Shown here: piece by piece, positions 12,171 to 24,573 of the stretch
How positions within the stretch are numbered: position 1 is the first letter of the stretch
Layout: the number at the start of each line of letters is the position of its first letter
Source: Octopus sinensis
Lineage: Eukaryota
Direction: 5' to 3'
NCBI RefSeq assembly: GCF_006345805.1
Contig: NC_042999.1
Coordinates: forward strand, 97,650,001-97,714,000
DNA length: 64,000 nt
Program-made: the position numbers and the translations under genes
The notes under the pieces: generated by a model
What the model saw: the letters and a program-made list of their open reading frames with translations, nothing else
Database searches by the model: none
Told to the model about the DNA's origin: nothing

Positions 12171-13373
12171 TCAGGCTCAGTGATGGTTCACAACCATTCT
12201 TGTTCTGCAGAGGAAGTCTTGCAGGCCATTGAGATGTTATGTTGGTTATGTTATAGACATGTGGTTGTGAGGAAGGGGTCTCCTCTTCTTAAAATCAAAC
12301 AACAAAAATGGATATGAAATAGAGCAAATCAAACAGGTTTTACAGTCAGAATAGTTATCTATATTGTTGTGGGTGATATCTGTTTCTGTATCCACTTTGA
12401 GCAATAATACTACCTTGGTAGATGAAGTTGGTAATGTTTTCAAAAGGTGTTTAATTCACAAGAATTTGCATCTCCTTTTGCCCACTGGCCTGGATCATCT
12501 TGGAGCTGATCCTTAGACCTGCCTTTGCTACCTTTTCAGCCAATCTGATTGTCAATTGCTGGAAGCATGGAGCATGACTCTGCCAGGTGCACAATGTCAT
12601 TGGCATAGTCCAGATCTGTTAAATGTCTGCCTACAATCCACTGTATTTTAGCAATTGGTCCATTTATGGCTCTTCACATAACAGAGTTAATAGCCAGAAG
12701 AAATTCAAGGGTGACAGGAGACAACCCCATTTTATCCCTGTCATGAAGTGGTTGGCGTTAGGAAGGGCATCCAGCTGTAGAAACATTGCCAGATAAGACC
12801 GGAGCCTGGTGCAGCCTTCTGGCTTCCCAGATCCCTGGTCGAACCGTCCAACCCATGCTAGCATGGAGAACGGACGTTAAACGATGATGTTGAAGAATTC
12901 TGTGTTGTTACTTTCACTTCTCACACAGCAGTTTGAGTTATCATACAGACTCTTAAAAATGTTAACTCCAGAATCAGGCATGCAGTAGCAATGTTCAGAG
13001 GAATGAACAAGAGCTGGGCCAGCACTTTGATTAGCAATTATATAAAGATCCTGCTGTACCAGACTATTGTCCTGTCAACAGCTGTTTACATGGGAGAAAC
13101 TTGATAAATAACTGCCAAGATCACTCAGAGGTTGAATGCATCTCACCTATATATGTGCTTGTGAGTGTATTTATATAATAACAAGCAAGGGGTGGAAACA
13201 AAGCCAGACTGACATACTTGCTGTGAGATTGCTTTCTTCTGCTGAACAGAATTGCAGTTAAATTAGTGGTGATGATGGTGGTGGTTGTTGTTGTTGTTAA
13301 TGTCTTTGAAGAAGAGGCCTGCAACATGATTAAGTTTTGATGGTTTTTAATTTTTATTCCTTTTTTCATGCAG

Positions 13374-13439
13374 AGACGAAGGTCAGAAGAAGACGAGAAG
13401 ATGATGCGACATTACTTGAAAGAGAATGATCTCATCAGT
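13374..13439 (+). CDS. EXOSC2: EXOSC2 coding exon 4 (RRRSEEDEKMMRHYLKENDLIS)
   Basis: Acceptor ttttttcatgCAG; 66 nt; followed by the U12-type donor GTATCCTTT. Confidence 0.96.
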
Positions 13440-14576
13440 GTATCCTTTCTTCCTTTCCTTTCCTTTTCTTTTCTGGTTGTATCACAATTTCACTTTGTTG
13501 GTTTACAGATCTGTTGGCTTATTGCTTTGTTTATTGGATTTTTTTGTATTGATTTGTTGTGTTATTTGTTCATTATTGTCATCATTTAGCCCCAGGACAG
13601 CTTTATGCTTCAGTTGATCTTGACCAAGTGTATTGAAATATGCAGACGACATCAAGCTGTACCTTGAAATCAAGAGGACAGATCCTGATGTCTACAACTT
13701 TTTCCTGCAATCAGACCTAGACACAATGCAGCAATGGATCACATACTGGCAACTGAAACTGGCTGTGGACAAGTGTACCACCATGCATTTTGGGAGAAAA
13801 AACCCTGCGTCCACATACTCCCTCCACAACATTGATATCAAGAAATCCTCTTGCGAGTGTGACCTAGGCATCACTGTCAGCAGTGATTTGTGTTGGACAA
13901 AGCATATCTCTAAAATTGTCAAGAAGGCCGAGGGTGTCTTGGCATCACTCAGCAAGACTTTTGTTAGCTGCTCTCCAGCCATCTATTTAAAACTGTATAC
14001 AGCTATGGTATGACCACACTTGGAATTCGCATCATCAGTTTGGAACCCCTATCTTGCTCAGAACATTGACCTCCTGGAATCTGTCCAGAGACGTGCAACC
14101 AAACGCATACCCTCCATCAGACACCTACCATATTCTGAGCGCCTTGTTTCCCTGGGCATGGATTCACTGAAGCTCTGGCGTCTGGCGACGGACTTGGTAA
14201 ACACCCACAAAGTTATCAACCACCTCACCAACAACAACACTGAACACCTTTTTGATCTCCATGTGTCTAACACATGTGGACATGCCTACAAAGTCAGAAA
14301 ACAACACAGCTCCCATGACTTTCGGAAACATTTTTTCACGCTCAGAGTTGCTGAAGCATGGAATAAACTGCCTGCGTCAGTTGTTGACTGCCATGACACT
14401 GCATCCTTTAAGGCCCTCATGCTTTCCAAAATCCGCCGAAACTACACCTGATTATATATACACTTTAGATGAGTTGTAGTGCACCTGAGCACTGTACACA
14501 ATTATTATTATTATTATTATTATTATTATAATAACTTGTTTCTCTGTCTGTTTTGTTCTTCCTTAACTGGCCAAAG
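13440..14576 (+). other. U12-type (minor spliceosome) GT-AG intron of EXOSC2
   Basis: 5' splice site GTATCCTTT (13440-13448) is the U12 consensus. Branch site TTCCTTAAC (14559-14567) is the U12 consensus and lies 9 nt before the AG at 14575-14576, with no intervening polypyrimidine tract. Confidence 0.95.
13620..14530 (+). mobile_element. CR1/L2-group LINE 3' fragment (RT C-terminus, 3'UTR and (ATT)n tail) inside the U12 intron
   Basis: YADDIKLY...DLGITV...LESVQRRATKRIP...FFTLRVAEAWNKLP. ORFs 13633-14013 and 14020-14451 are in the same frame, split by one TGA, probably CGA>TGA in VRPHLE. Confidence 0.9.
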
Positions 14577-14645
14577 GCTGAAGTACATTCAGTGTTCTCT
14601 GATGGGTCCTTGTCTTTACATACTCGCAGTCTCAAGTATGGCAAG
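14577..14645 (+). CDS. EXOSC2: EXOSC2 coding exon 5 (AEVHSVFSDGSLSLHTRSLKYGK)
   Basis: 69 nt, phase 0/0; donor AAG|GTGAGT at 14646; conserved HTRSLKYGK motif. Confidence 0.97.
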
Positions 14646-15612
14646 GTGAGTGAGATTTTCAAATGATCCATATTCCTATGTATATAACTGTCCTCTTTGT
14701 TTCCCCTACTCCCCCCACGCCACTTCCTATGTTTTTATCTTTTACTTGTTTCAGTCACCGGGTTGCTTTCATGTTGGTGCTCTGCCTTGAAGGGGTTTTA
14801 GTTGAACAAATTGAGCTCAATACTTCGTTTCTTGAAAGTCTGATATTTATTCTGTCAGTCTCTTTTGCTGAACTGCTAATTTATGAGGATGTAAACAAAC
14901 CAACACTGGTTATCGGGCAGTGGTGGCAGGCAAACACATGCACAGAGACACACATACCATAGTCACCTCTATCCCATCTGTAACTATCCTCACATTCCCA
15001 TGAAACTTGTGCTCTGTTCCCCTCTTGCCCACTCACTCTGTCCAATCTACTGTATCACTCCAAACTATATTCAACCCCCCCCCCTCACACACTGTACCAT
15101 AACCCTTTAGTTATCAACCTGGCTGAATCTGGCTCTGAGTACAAATGTCTTGTTTTCATAAGTTTTGAATTAAAATCTTCTACCAAACCTTAGTCACAAT
15201 TTATGTTCCTAACACTAACTGAATGATAACTAAGTTATTTTACTAAATTCTTTGTTATATTTAAATTGAAAGAAAAAACAGAGCATCTCAAAATAAATAC
15301 AGTAACAAAAGGTTAAGAGTATGTCCTGAAGTATTCACCACCATCTATCTTCCCCTTTGAAGGGATTTTGTCTTGCAAGTTACTTGGTGACCCCCACCAC
15401 TAATGCTAGTGCCATGAAAAAAGCACCCGGTACACTTTGTAGGGTATCCAACTGTAGAAACCATGTCAAAACAGACAATAGTGATGGCACAGTTCTCTGG
15501 TTTACCAGCTCATTAGATTGTGCAACTCATGCTGGCATGGACAATGGATGATGTATACATATACATACAAACATTTTATACATATATAATATATATACAT
15601 ATATATATATAA

Positions 15613-15907
15613 CTAGCAGTATCGCCCGGCGTTGCTCGGGTTTGTAAGGGAAAAAACTATATAAGCATTTTTAGAGAGTTACTTCCCTTATATAATAGCA
15701 AAAAATTGCACTAAAAATGGGAAAAAATTATGGTAAATTTTTTTTTAAATCGTAGACTCATCGTAGACGCGCGCTAATACCCAGAAGGGCTCGATATGAA
15801 CCACGACTATAAGATACCCGCTTTTGGTTACACTGCACTGCAAAATGTGGGAGTAGTTACGAATCTAAATCGTAGGAGACACACAACTTCACTTTTATAT
15901 ATAAAGA
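15613..15907 (-). mobile_element. Complete non-autonomous Helitron
   Basis: On the minus strand: 5' A|TCTTTATATATAAAAG..., subterminal hairpin CCCGAGCAACGCCGGG, and 3' CTAG|T (insertion between A and T). Confidence 0.8.
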
Positions 15908-16763
15908 TATATATATATATATATATATAAATAAAAAAAACACACAGCGTGCTTCTTTCAGTTTTTGTCTACCAAGTCCACTTACAAGGCTTCGGTCGAC
16001 CAAGGGCTCTGACATTTGACTAAGGTGCCATACATTGCAAGATCTGTGTAAACTTTCATTTCTTTAAGCTGTTCACTTTTGATCAAGAGCGTTTGTGCCT
16101 GAAATATGTAAAGGTTCACGTTACTTTCCCTTCTGCCTTGTAAGAAGCTCTTCATCTTCAATATTTGTTATTTTACTCCTGTATCACAATGCTTCAAGCA
16201 ATCTGTCACGTTCTTCGTTAAAAACTTATTATATTTTGAAAATTGAAATATAAGGTTCATAGAAAAAGATGTCTTTGAACAGTTAAGTGATTATCTCCCT
16301 TAGACTTGTTTTGTGTTTCAGAAACAAAACTCCTCTCGTTTTGATGCATGTTCGCGCGTGCGCTCCACACACACACACAGTATACCCAGTAATAGCAAGT
16401 ACAGAGTTGATAGTCGTGACTTTAAGCCTTACTATTAAAGTTTGCCTGACATTCATAAACAAATTCTCCTCTAATTTCGTATTTCAAAAGCATCCAGCAG
16501 ATAATTCATTCCCCTCTCTCGGGGAAAGAAAATTAAGGTAAATACTTGTGTTATATACATGTATAATATATCATTATCATCATCATTTAACACCCACTTT
16601 TCCTTCCTTGCCTGGACCAGATGGAATTTGCTTAGGCGGATTTTCTACAGCCAGATGTCTTTCTTGTCATCAAACCATTCCTGTTTCCAATGCTTGTATG
16701 ACAGTGATGCTTCTACTAATCATCACATGATGTCAAGATACATTTACATGCATATACACACCA

Positions 16764-16800
<37 letters not shown>

Positions 16801-16901
16801 ATATATATAAGTTCAGCAAAAATTTAGATTCGAGTGAATATGGTACTTAATTTAGATGCACCAGAATTTTGTATGGTGTTATCCATAAAAATTTGTGGGG
16901 T

Positions 16902-17600
16902 GATTATAATCAAAATAAGCAGCAAGAATGACTCCGGTAATTTGGTACAATTGTTTCACACTACATCATTTTATTAAATGTTGTAAGTATTACAACAGAT
17001 TTAAGATGCTGAGTACTCATCAACCAATTATAGAGGTTTTCCATTAATACAAAAGTTTTCAAATCAAGTGGCAACATTATAGAGAAGGTAGATATACAGA
17101 CAAAGATGTAGATTTAAATTTTAAGAACATATGAGGTAGTGAAGTCCTTCCACTGACTGACCAAGATATGGCTGTTCCTAAATGTTATAAGGTTAGAAGT
17201 AATAAAGATTTTTTAATTGTAGGAATGGGGTAAAGGAGGTTTCAGAATACCATAATAGGAATTCACTAACAAAATGCCAATTACTACTATTTGGTGAGAG
17301 AAACTAGGCCAGTGTCAAATGGTCATTAATCCCATTTACAGAGAGTGTAAATTAGAGAAAAAATTACCTCATATGTTCTTAGAATTTAAATCTACATCTT
17401 TGTCTGTATATCTACCTTCTCTATAATGTTGCCACTTGATTTGAAAACTTTTGTATTAATGGAAAACCTCTATAATTGGCTGATGAATACTCAGCATCTT
17501 AAACCTGTTTTAATACTTACAACATTAAATAAAATGATGTAGTGCGAAACAATTGTACCAAATTACTGGAGTCATTCTTGTTGCTTATTTTGATTATATA
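16902..17600. repeat. Inverted repeat in EXOSC2 intron 5 (about 235-bp arms, about 225-bp spacer)
   Basis: tataatcaaaataagc...catatgaggta pairs with tacctcatatg...cttattttgattata; about 8 mismatches seen by eye. Confidence 0.9.
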
Positions 17601-17694
17601 TATATACACACACTTATGTATAAGTTGCACTATCATATACTTGATTCTAACTCAAAATACTAGGGTGCAACATATATACTACTAAATATAGTAC

Positions 17695-18690
17695 ATCATC
17701 GTCATCGCTTAACGTCCGTTTTCCATGCCGGCATGGGTTGGACGGTTTGACAAATCTGGAGAGCCCACGGCTGTACCAGTCTCCAATCTGATCTGGCAGT
17801 GTTTCTATAGTTGGATGCCCTTCCTAACACCAACCACTCTGAGAGTGTAGTGTGTGCTTTTTATGTGCCACTTGCACAGGAGCCAGTCAGGCAGGCCAGG
17901 CATTGATCATGTTCGGATTGTGCTTTTTACGTGCCACCGGGTCCTGTCAGGATGTACTGGCATCAGCCACATTTGGATGGTGCTTTTTACGTGCCACCGG
18001 CACGGTAGCCAGTCAGGCACTGGGCACGGCTATGATATTGGTTTTACTTGACACATCTTCCCGAGTATATCATGTTGCATGACGCATCAGGGGAGCTCTT
18101 AACTGGGCTGGACATCTGTGGCTGTGATCTCACTTTAGTTGCTGGGTCTTCTCAATCACAGCATATCTCCAAGGGTCTCGGTCTCCTGTCATTGCCTCTG
18201 TGAGGCCCAATGTTCGAAGGTCATACTTCACCACCTCATCCCATGGCTTCTTGGGTCTACCTCTTCCACAATTCCACAGGTTTCTTCTACAGTTAGGGAA
18301 TGGCACTTCCTTACACAGCTGTCCTCATCCACATGTAATACATGACCATACCAGCACAGTCATCTCTCTTGCACACCACATTTGATGCTTCTTATGCCCA
18401 ACTTTTCTCTCACATACACTCTGTTGTGTATGCACACTGACATTACACATCCAGCGGATCATACTAGCTTCATTTTTTTTAGGCTACGCATTCCTCAGCA
18501 TGAACTGCCATGTAGCAATGCAGTTTGCACACATGCATCATACAGTCTACCTTTCATCCTGAGCGAGAGGCCCTTAGTTGCCTGCAGATGTAGGAGCTCC
18601 CTGAGCTTTGCCCAGGCTATTCTTATTCTAGCTGCTACACTCTCAGAGCAACCACCCCCACTACAGACTTTGTCGCCTAGGTAGCAGAAG
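17695..18690 (-). mobile_element. RTE LINE 3' end with 3'UTR subrepeats
   Basis: Reverse complement of the RTE C-terminus and 3'UTR seen at 32083-33042. Confidence 0.85.
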
Positions 18691-19019
18691 CTATTAATTA
18701 CTTCTTGTTTCTATCCCAGGAACATGATGGAATCTGTTTTCTGTACTGGAATATATATATATATATATATTACATATTCTTTTACATGTTTCAGTCATTT
18801 GACTGTGGCCATGCTGGAGTACCACCTTTAGTCGAACAAATCGACCCCAGGACTTATTCTTTGTATGCCTTGTCCTTATTTTATCGGTCTCTTTTGCCGA
18901 ACTGCTAAGTTTCGAGGACATAAAAACACCAACATCAGTTGTCAAGTGACGGTGGGGTGGGGGTGGGTCTAACACAGACACACACACACACATAAATATA
19001 TATATATACATTTTTATTT

Positions 19020-19052
<33 letters not shown>

Positions 19053-19053
<1 letters not shown>

Positions 19054-19219
19054 TACGACAGGCTTCTTTCAGTTTCCATCTATCAAATCCACTTACAAGG
19101 CTTTGGTCAGCCGGAGGCTATAGTAGAAGACACTTGCCCAAGGTGCCACACAGTGAGACTGAACTCAGAACCATTTGGTTCAGAAGCAAGCTCTTACCAC
19201 ATAGCCATGCCTGCGCCTA
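19053..19219 (-). mobile_element. CORE-like tRNA-derived SINE; other copies at about 11260-11400, 15945-16030 and 28685-28830 (-), and 37470-37610 (+)
   Basis: Minus-strand ggcaccttgggcaagtgtctt resembles the CORE domain gtgaccttgggcaagtcactt; A/B boxes upstream; (TG)n tail. Confidence 0.7.
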
Positions 19220-19236
19220 TATATCTATATATATAT

Positions 19237-19289
<53 letters not shown>

Positions 19290-20230
19290 ATCATCATCAT
19301 CATCATTTAATGTCTGTTGTCCATGCTGGTATGGGTTGGATAGTTTGACCACGGCTGGCAGACTGGAAAGCTGCACCAGACTCCAGTCTGATCTGGCATG
19401 GTTTCTATGGCTGGATGCTCTTCCTAATGCCAACCTCTTTTACGTCTCACCTGCACAGTTGCCATTTGTGTGACACCAGTATCTGCCATGACTGATTTTG
19501 CTCAGCTTGATGGGTCTTCTCATGCACGATACAATGCCAAAGGTCTCAGTCATTGCCTCTGAGAGGCACAACACTCGAAAGGGACTCAGCCACTTAGCTT
19601 TTATGAGGCCCAATGCTTGAAAAGAACTTGCCTCCATGAGGCCCAACACTTGAAAGGATCTCAACCGCTTTACCTCCATGAGGCCAACACTCAAAAGGTG
19701 CTCTTTATGCACCACCAGCATGGGTGCCAGTTACATGTCACCATCATCAGTCATGACTACGATTTCACTTGGCTTGATAGGTCTTCTTCTCAAGCACAAC
19801 ATATTGTCAAAGGTCCCAGTCGCTAATCATTGCCTCTGTGAGGCTCAAAGTTCGAAGATCATGCTTCACCATCCCTTCCCATGTCTTCATGGGTCTACCT
19901 CTACTATAGGTTCCATCCACAGTTAGAGATTGGCACTTCTTTACACAGCTATCCTCATCCATATGTATCACATGACCATATCAGCTCAATTGTCTTTCTT
20001 GCACATCCAGTGAAGCATACTGGCTTCATTTCTTTCAAGCCTACGCATGTCCTCAGCTGTCAGCCCATGTTTCACTGCCATGTAACATAGCTGTTTGCAC
20101 ACAGGCATCATACAATCTGATTTTATTCCGAGAGATAGGCCCCTTAACTTTGCCCAGTTTAATCTTCTCACAGCTACACTCTCAGAGCATCCACCTCTGC
20201 TACTAACTTGGTCACCTAGATAACAAGCTA
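19290..20230 (-). mobile_element. RTE LINE 3' end(s)
   Basis: catcatcat tail, RTE 3'UTR, and minus-strand EDMRRLERNEASMLHWMC. Confidence 0.8.
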
Positions 20231-20559
20231 TCTACTACCTCTCGCTTGCCCCCACTAGCAGTTGATGGTGTCTATTTACTGCACATTTTATATATCATAT
20301 TTACTGCACATATATCATATTTACTTGTGTATAAGTCACATTATTATTAATTGTGCTTGATTCTAACTGAAAATATTGGGGTGTGACTGATGTTCAAGTG
20401 TTTATAATCATCATTTGACAGTTTGACAGGATGTAGTGAGTTAGAGGACTGCAGTGCATTCTAATGTCCTTCCTAGTACCAACCACTTTGCAGTGTATAT
20501 TGGGTTCTTTCTTCAAGACACTGATACTAGTGAGGTGGCCAAGTAACTTGCCAGACAGA

Positions 20560-21490
20560 AAAAGAAGAAGCACTCTTGGCTGAGTGGGTTTGAAGTAGAT
20601 TGGGAACTAGCTTTATGCCAGGTGTTGAACTGCTACAATATGATAGAAGGACAGGCACAGGGGTTTTACTATTGAAGAGATACATGTCAACCTTGCATTA
20701 GATTGAAGTAGGTGAGAGTAACTGGAAAGAAGATAATGATGTTGGTGATGAGGTATCAGTATACTTTCAAGGTGAATATGAGAGAATATATAACTGAAGA
20801 TCAGGAGAAGGGAGGAGTAGGTGGATATATTCATAGAAATGTGAGGGGAGAGTGACAGATGATTAAAGTTGGGGGTTAGAGGTTAATGTAGTGATTGATG
20901 TGCAAGAGTGGAGTGTGATTGATGGGAAATATCAGTGTAGGGGTGAAAGTAACAGAAGTAGTTCAGGTAAGCGGAGGTGATAAGTGGCACTGCAGGTAGT
21001 TTGGAGAGCAGCAGCATAAAGAAACCTGTAGATAGACCAGTAAATAGGCAGATGATGTGCTGAGTGGGTGAGTGGTGTGTGAGATGTACAAGAACAGAGA
21101 TGGAGGTTAGAGATACATAAGTGGTAGCTATAGTGAGTAGGGGTGTGGTGAAGATGGTGGTATTTGTCGGGGACGTTGAAAACAGCTATGAAAGGGTGTT
21201 GAGAGTGATTGCAGATATAAAAGAGTGTTAAAAATGAGGATGAGGTGAGGAGTCACAGGAAGGAGTGATCAGTGGAAAATAAAGGATGATATTTAGAATC
21301 AGGGATGAATGTTTAAAGGAAGTGGTTTCAGGGACAGGGGGAGGTAACTGGTTGCACAAAGGGTAGGGAATATGTGCAGATTCTGCAGTCATGATTATAG
21401 CCGTTGGATAGTGACATTGTTGGAAGAGTAATGGAGGGATGGGTGTTAGGAAGAGCTTGACATGGGCAGATTGAGTGCAGGGATTATAGA
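20560..21490 (-). mobile_element. Possible degenerate Penelope-like (Neptune-type) RT remnant
   Basis: C/T-rich minus strand with scattered fragments only weakly resembling PLE RT, e.g. FHPTLIFP and CLFTG; many stops. Confidence 0.35.
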
Positions 21491-24400
21491 ACCTCACTTT
21501 TGCGGTAACATTTTATTGAGCACAGTCAAATGCCAATCATTGCAGTTCTTTTGCTATCTCCGCCTTGAGGATTGACATCTTGAGATCAACTTTCACTACT
21601 TCATCCCATGTCTTTCAAGGTTTCTTGCTTCCACAAGTTCCATCCACTTTAAGCAATCAGCCCTCCATTATGCAGCTGTCCTCATCCATATGCATCACAT
21701 AACCACATCAGTACAGTTTTCTGTCTTGCATACTACTGCTGATTCCTCTTATGTACAATTATTCTCTTAACATGTGCACTTTGTTGTACATGCACACTGA
21801 TATTGCATTGGAGCATATTAGCTTCATTCCTCTCAAGTCTTTTGCATGCCCTCTGTATTCACAGCCTATGTCTGACTGCCATGTAGCATTGGTGTGTGTA
21901 CACAAGCATCATAGTCTGCCTTGCATTTTGAGGATGATACCTTTTGTAAGCAACAAAGATGATAACTCCACTCTGTTCTTATTCTATGAGAATAGGATGG
22001 AAAAAGTTCATATATATATATATATATATAATCACCATTTGTGTATCATACTTAAAGTATACACACTATTAGAAGGCATGAAACTGTGGAATTGTCTGAA
22101 ATAAAATCTCATCGTTGGCATGTTAAAAACATACTATATATCAGAGTGAGATGAACATTGTTGCTGTAGTGACTCATGAGAATGAGACTGTTTTGCTTTT
22201 GTTAAGGTTTGTGAATGCTTTACACTCAATTGTTTCCTACTTTAACAAAATATATGCTTTGATATATAAGAAGCAGTGAATATAACACTGGTATTGCAGA
22301 AGCTTGCCAGGCAGTAGAGAAACTTGCTACATGCAATTGAAACAGTTTTCAATCAGTCACTATCTGTCTATCATACTAATTGTATATTCACCATTAGAAG
22401 GCATAATGCTGTGGAATTGTCTGAGATAAAATCTCTTCATAGACCTGTTGTGTTAAAAACACAATATATATTAAAGCAAGATGATATACGTACAGTTAAT
22501 GTCTATCAGTTTCACTCACATTGGTCAGCTCAAGGCTATAATAGACAATACTTGCTCATGGTGTCTCAGAGTAGGAATGAACCCCAAAAAGTGTAGTTGT
22601 GAAGCAAAATTCTTAACCACATAGTCTTGACTGCACCTCACAGCACAGAGGATGAAATAGTTCTGGCAGTCCAACAAGGTGCCAGGAGTAGCTGGTATTT
22701 CAATAGATCTGCTATAAATTATATTAGATGGAACGATTTTGTCTGCCATACTTACTATTACAGCTGAGAAGAAACACCTATGCCACAATGGTGGATTGGT
22801 GGAGTTCTTGTCTCAATATACAAAATCCAAAGATTAAATTTGTAGTTGTCATTTATCCTGTATTATTCTCTTGGAGTTTGTTGCAAAAGTTTCACTGGAC
22901 TACTTTTGAATTGGTTATTGAAAGATATTTACCCATCAATGCTACTCCCAAACACAATTTGGTTTTAAATATTATATTGGAGTACAGTGGACATGATTTT
23001 CTCAGTAAAACAATTAAAAGAAAAAATATATTGAACTGTGTCTTAGATATTACAATAGCTTGGGATTCAAGGGCTCAGCTCTTCAGTATCTTCCTGAACT
23101 AGTTGTGAGATCTACATGGGGTGGATGTAGATGTCTTCAAAATGGTACTAGGTCTCCCACTATCAAGAGTCCCAGATGAACCATCTTTCACAGCAGGAAG
23201 TGCAAGTGAAGGCAGCAACATCAAACTCTGTTATTCACCAAAAGTCAACTATTAAAGGCAGATTAATGAAGGTTTGGCAACACAAATTCATGGTGTTCCA
23301 GCATGACCATTACTCTCAAGATGAAACTAGTAAAAGAGGAAAAGGGAGCATTTTCTGTCAAAAGTGCTTGGTTAATTACTGCTCTATGATGTTTGACATT
23401 ATATCCTACCATTTATTTATTAGTTTCAGTCCTTGGACGAACACTGATAAATGAATATTAGGGCCGATGTAATCAACTCTAGTATTTTTTTCATCAACTT
23501 TTGGGGGTTGAAATATGAAGATAACTTAGAAGAGATTTGAAATCAGAACAAGGGAAGTAACCAGATATCACTAAGTGTTTTGCTCAATGCTCTACCAATT
23601 CTGCCATCCACCTGTCTCAATGGATGCATTTGATAATGTATAAGGAATATTATGATGTCTAGAAAATACACACTAGGGTGGACGTAATTGTTATGGAAAC
23701 CATTGGCATTGCTGTAAAATGATAAATTAACATTCAATACTGAATTTAAATCCTTTGGCTGCAGCCCTGAGAAAGAGGAGTTCAGTTTGACTTATTTCAT
23801 CAAGATACACTATCTGATTATAGTCTCCAGTGGGCCACGTCTATCACCCAATGAGCTGAGGAACTTGCTATTTGGTAATTGCAAAGATAATCGTAATCAG
23901 GAAGATAACATTCTTTCATGTTTTTATCTTTATAAATAGAAATTACATTCTCAACGATTCACAAAAGAAAAAAGATTTTTCTTGTGAATTATGTGAAGTT
24001 GAACCTGCACTTTGATCCTTGGTAATTATATTTTTGGAGAGGCCACTAGTTTATTGAAAGCAACATAACTGCAATAAACTTAGTAGCTGTTCTTCAACAG
24101 TTTGGTGAAATAGGTGCATGTAGATTTAAGCATTTTACCTGAGAAAATAAAAATCCTTTCAGTAAATATAAAAACATGGATATCCACTCCATTTTTACAT
24201 GGTAATGTAACGTTTCCAACCTATTTTTTTTTACTAATGCCTCTACTACTATTGAATACCGCCTGGAGTTACGTCCCCTTAACCTTGTTAAAATATTACC
24301 CCTACGAAATGAACTACTTAACTGTTCTTGAGCAGGAGTATCAACCTTTTCAGAATGTGATAGAGTAAGAATTATAACATTCATTCCATTTTCAAGGACA

Positions 24401-24573
24401 TTAGTGTTGTTTGTAAACCACAGCTTATTCGCACTTTATTTTCTTCACTATTCTACTCGCTAACCATTAGATATTTTTTATTATATATCTCCTTAACATT
24501 CTGTGTTCAAGCTCCACCAGTGTCTCTTTTTTTTTTGTCATTGAGTTGATAAATATATATGGGATGACCCAAG

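Noticed and set aside
17150-17330. Hammerhead in the spacer of the 16.9-kb inverted repeat (GAAACTAGGCCAGTG)
   Set aside because: No clean CUGANGA, G at position 17 and no stem I; too degenerate to claim.
18951-18967. G-quadruplex-like GGTGGGGTGGGGGTGGG
   Set aside because: Only three tracts of 3 or more G, inside a common SINE copy; no evidence of function.
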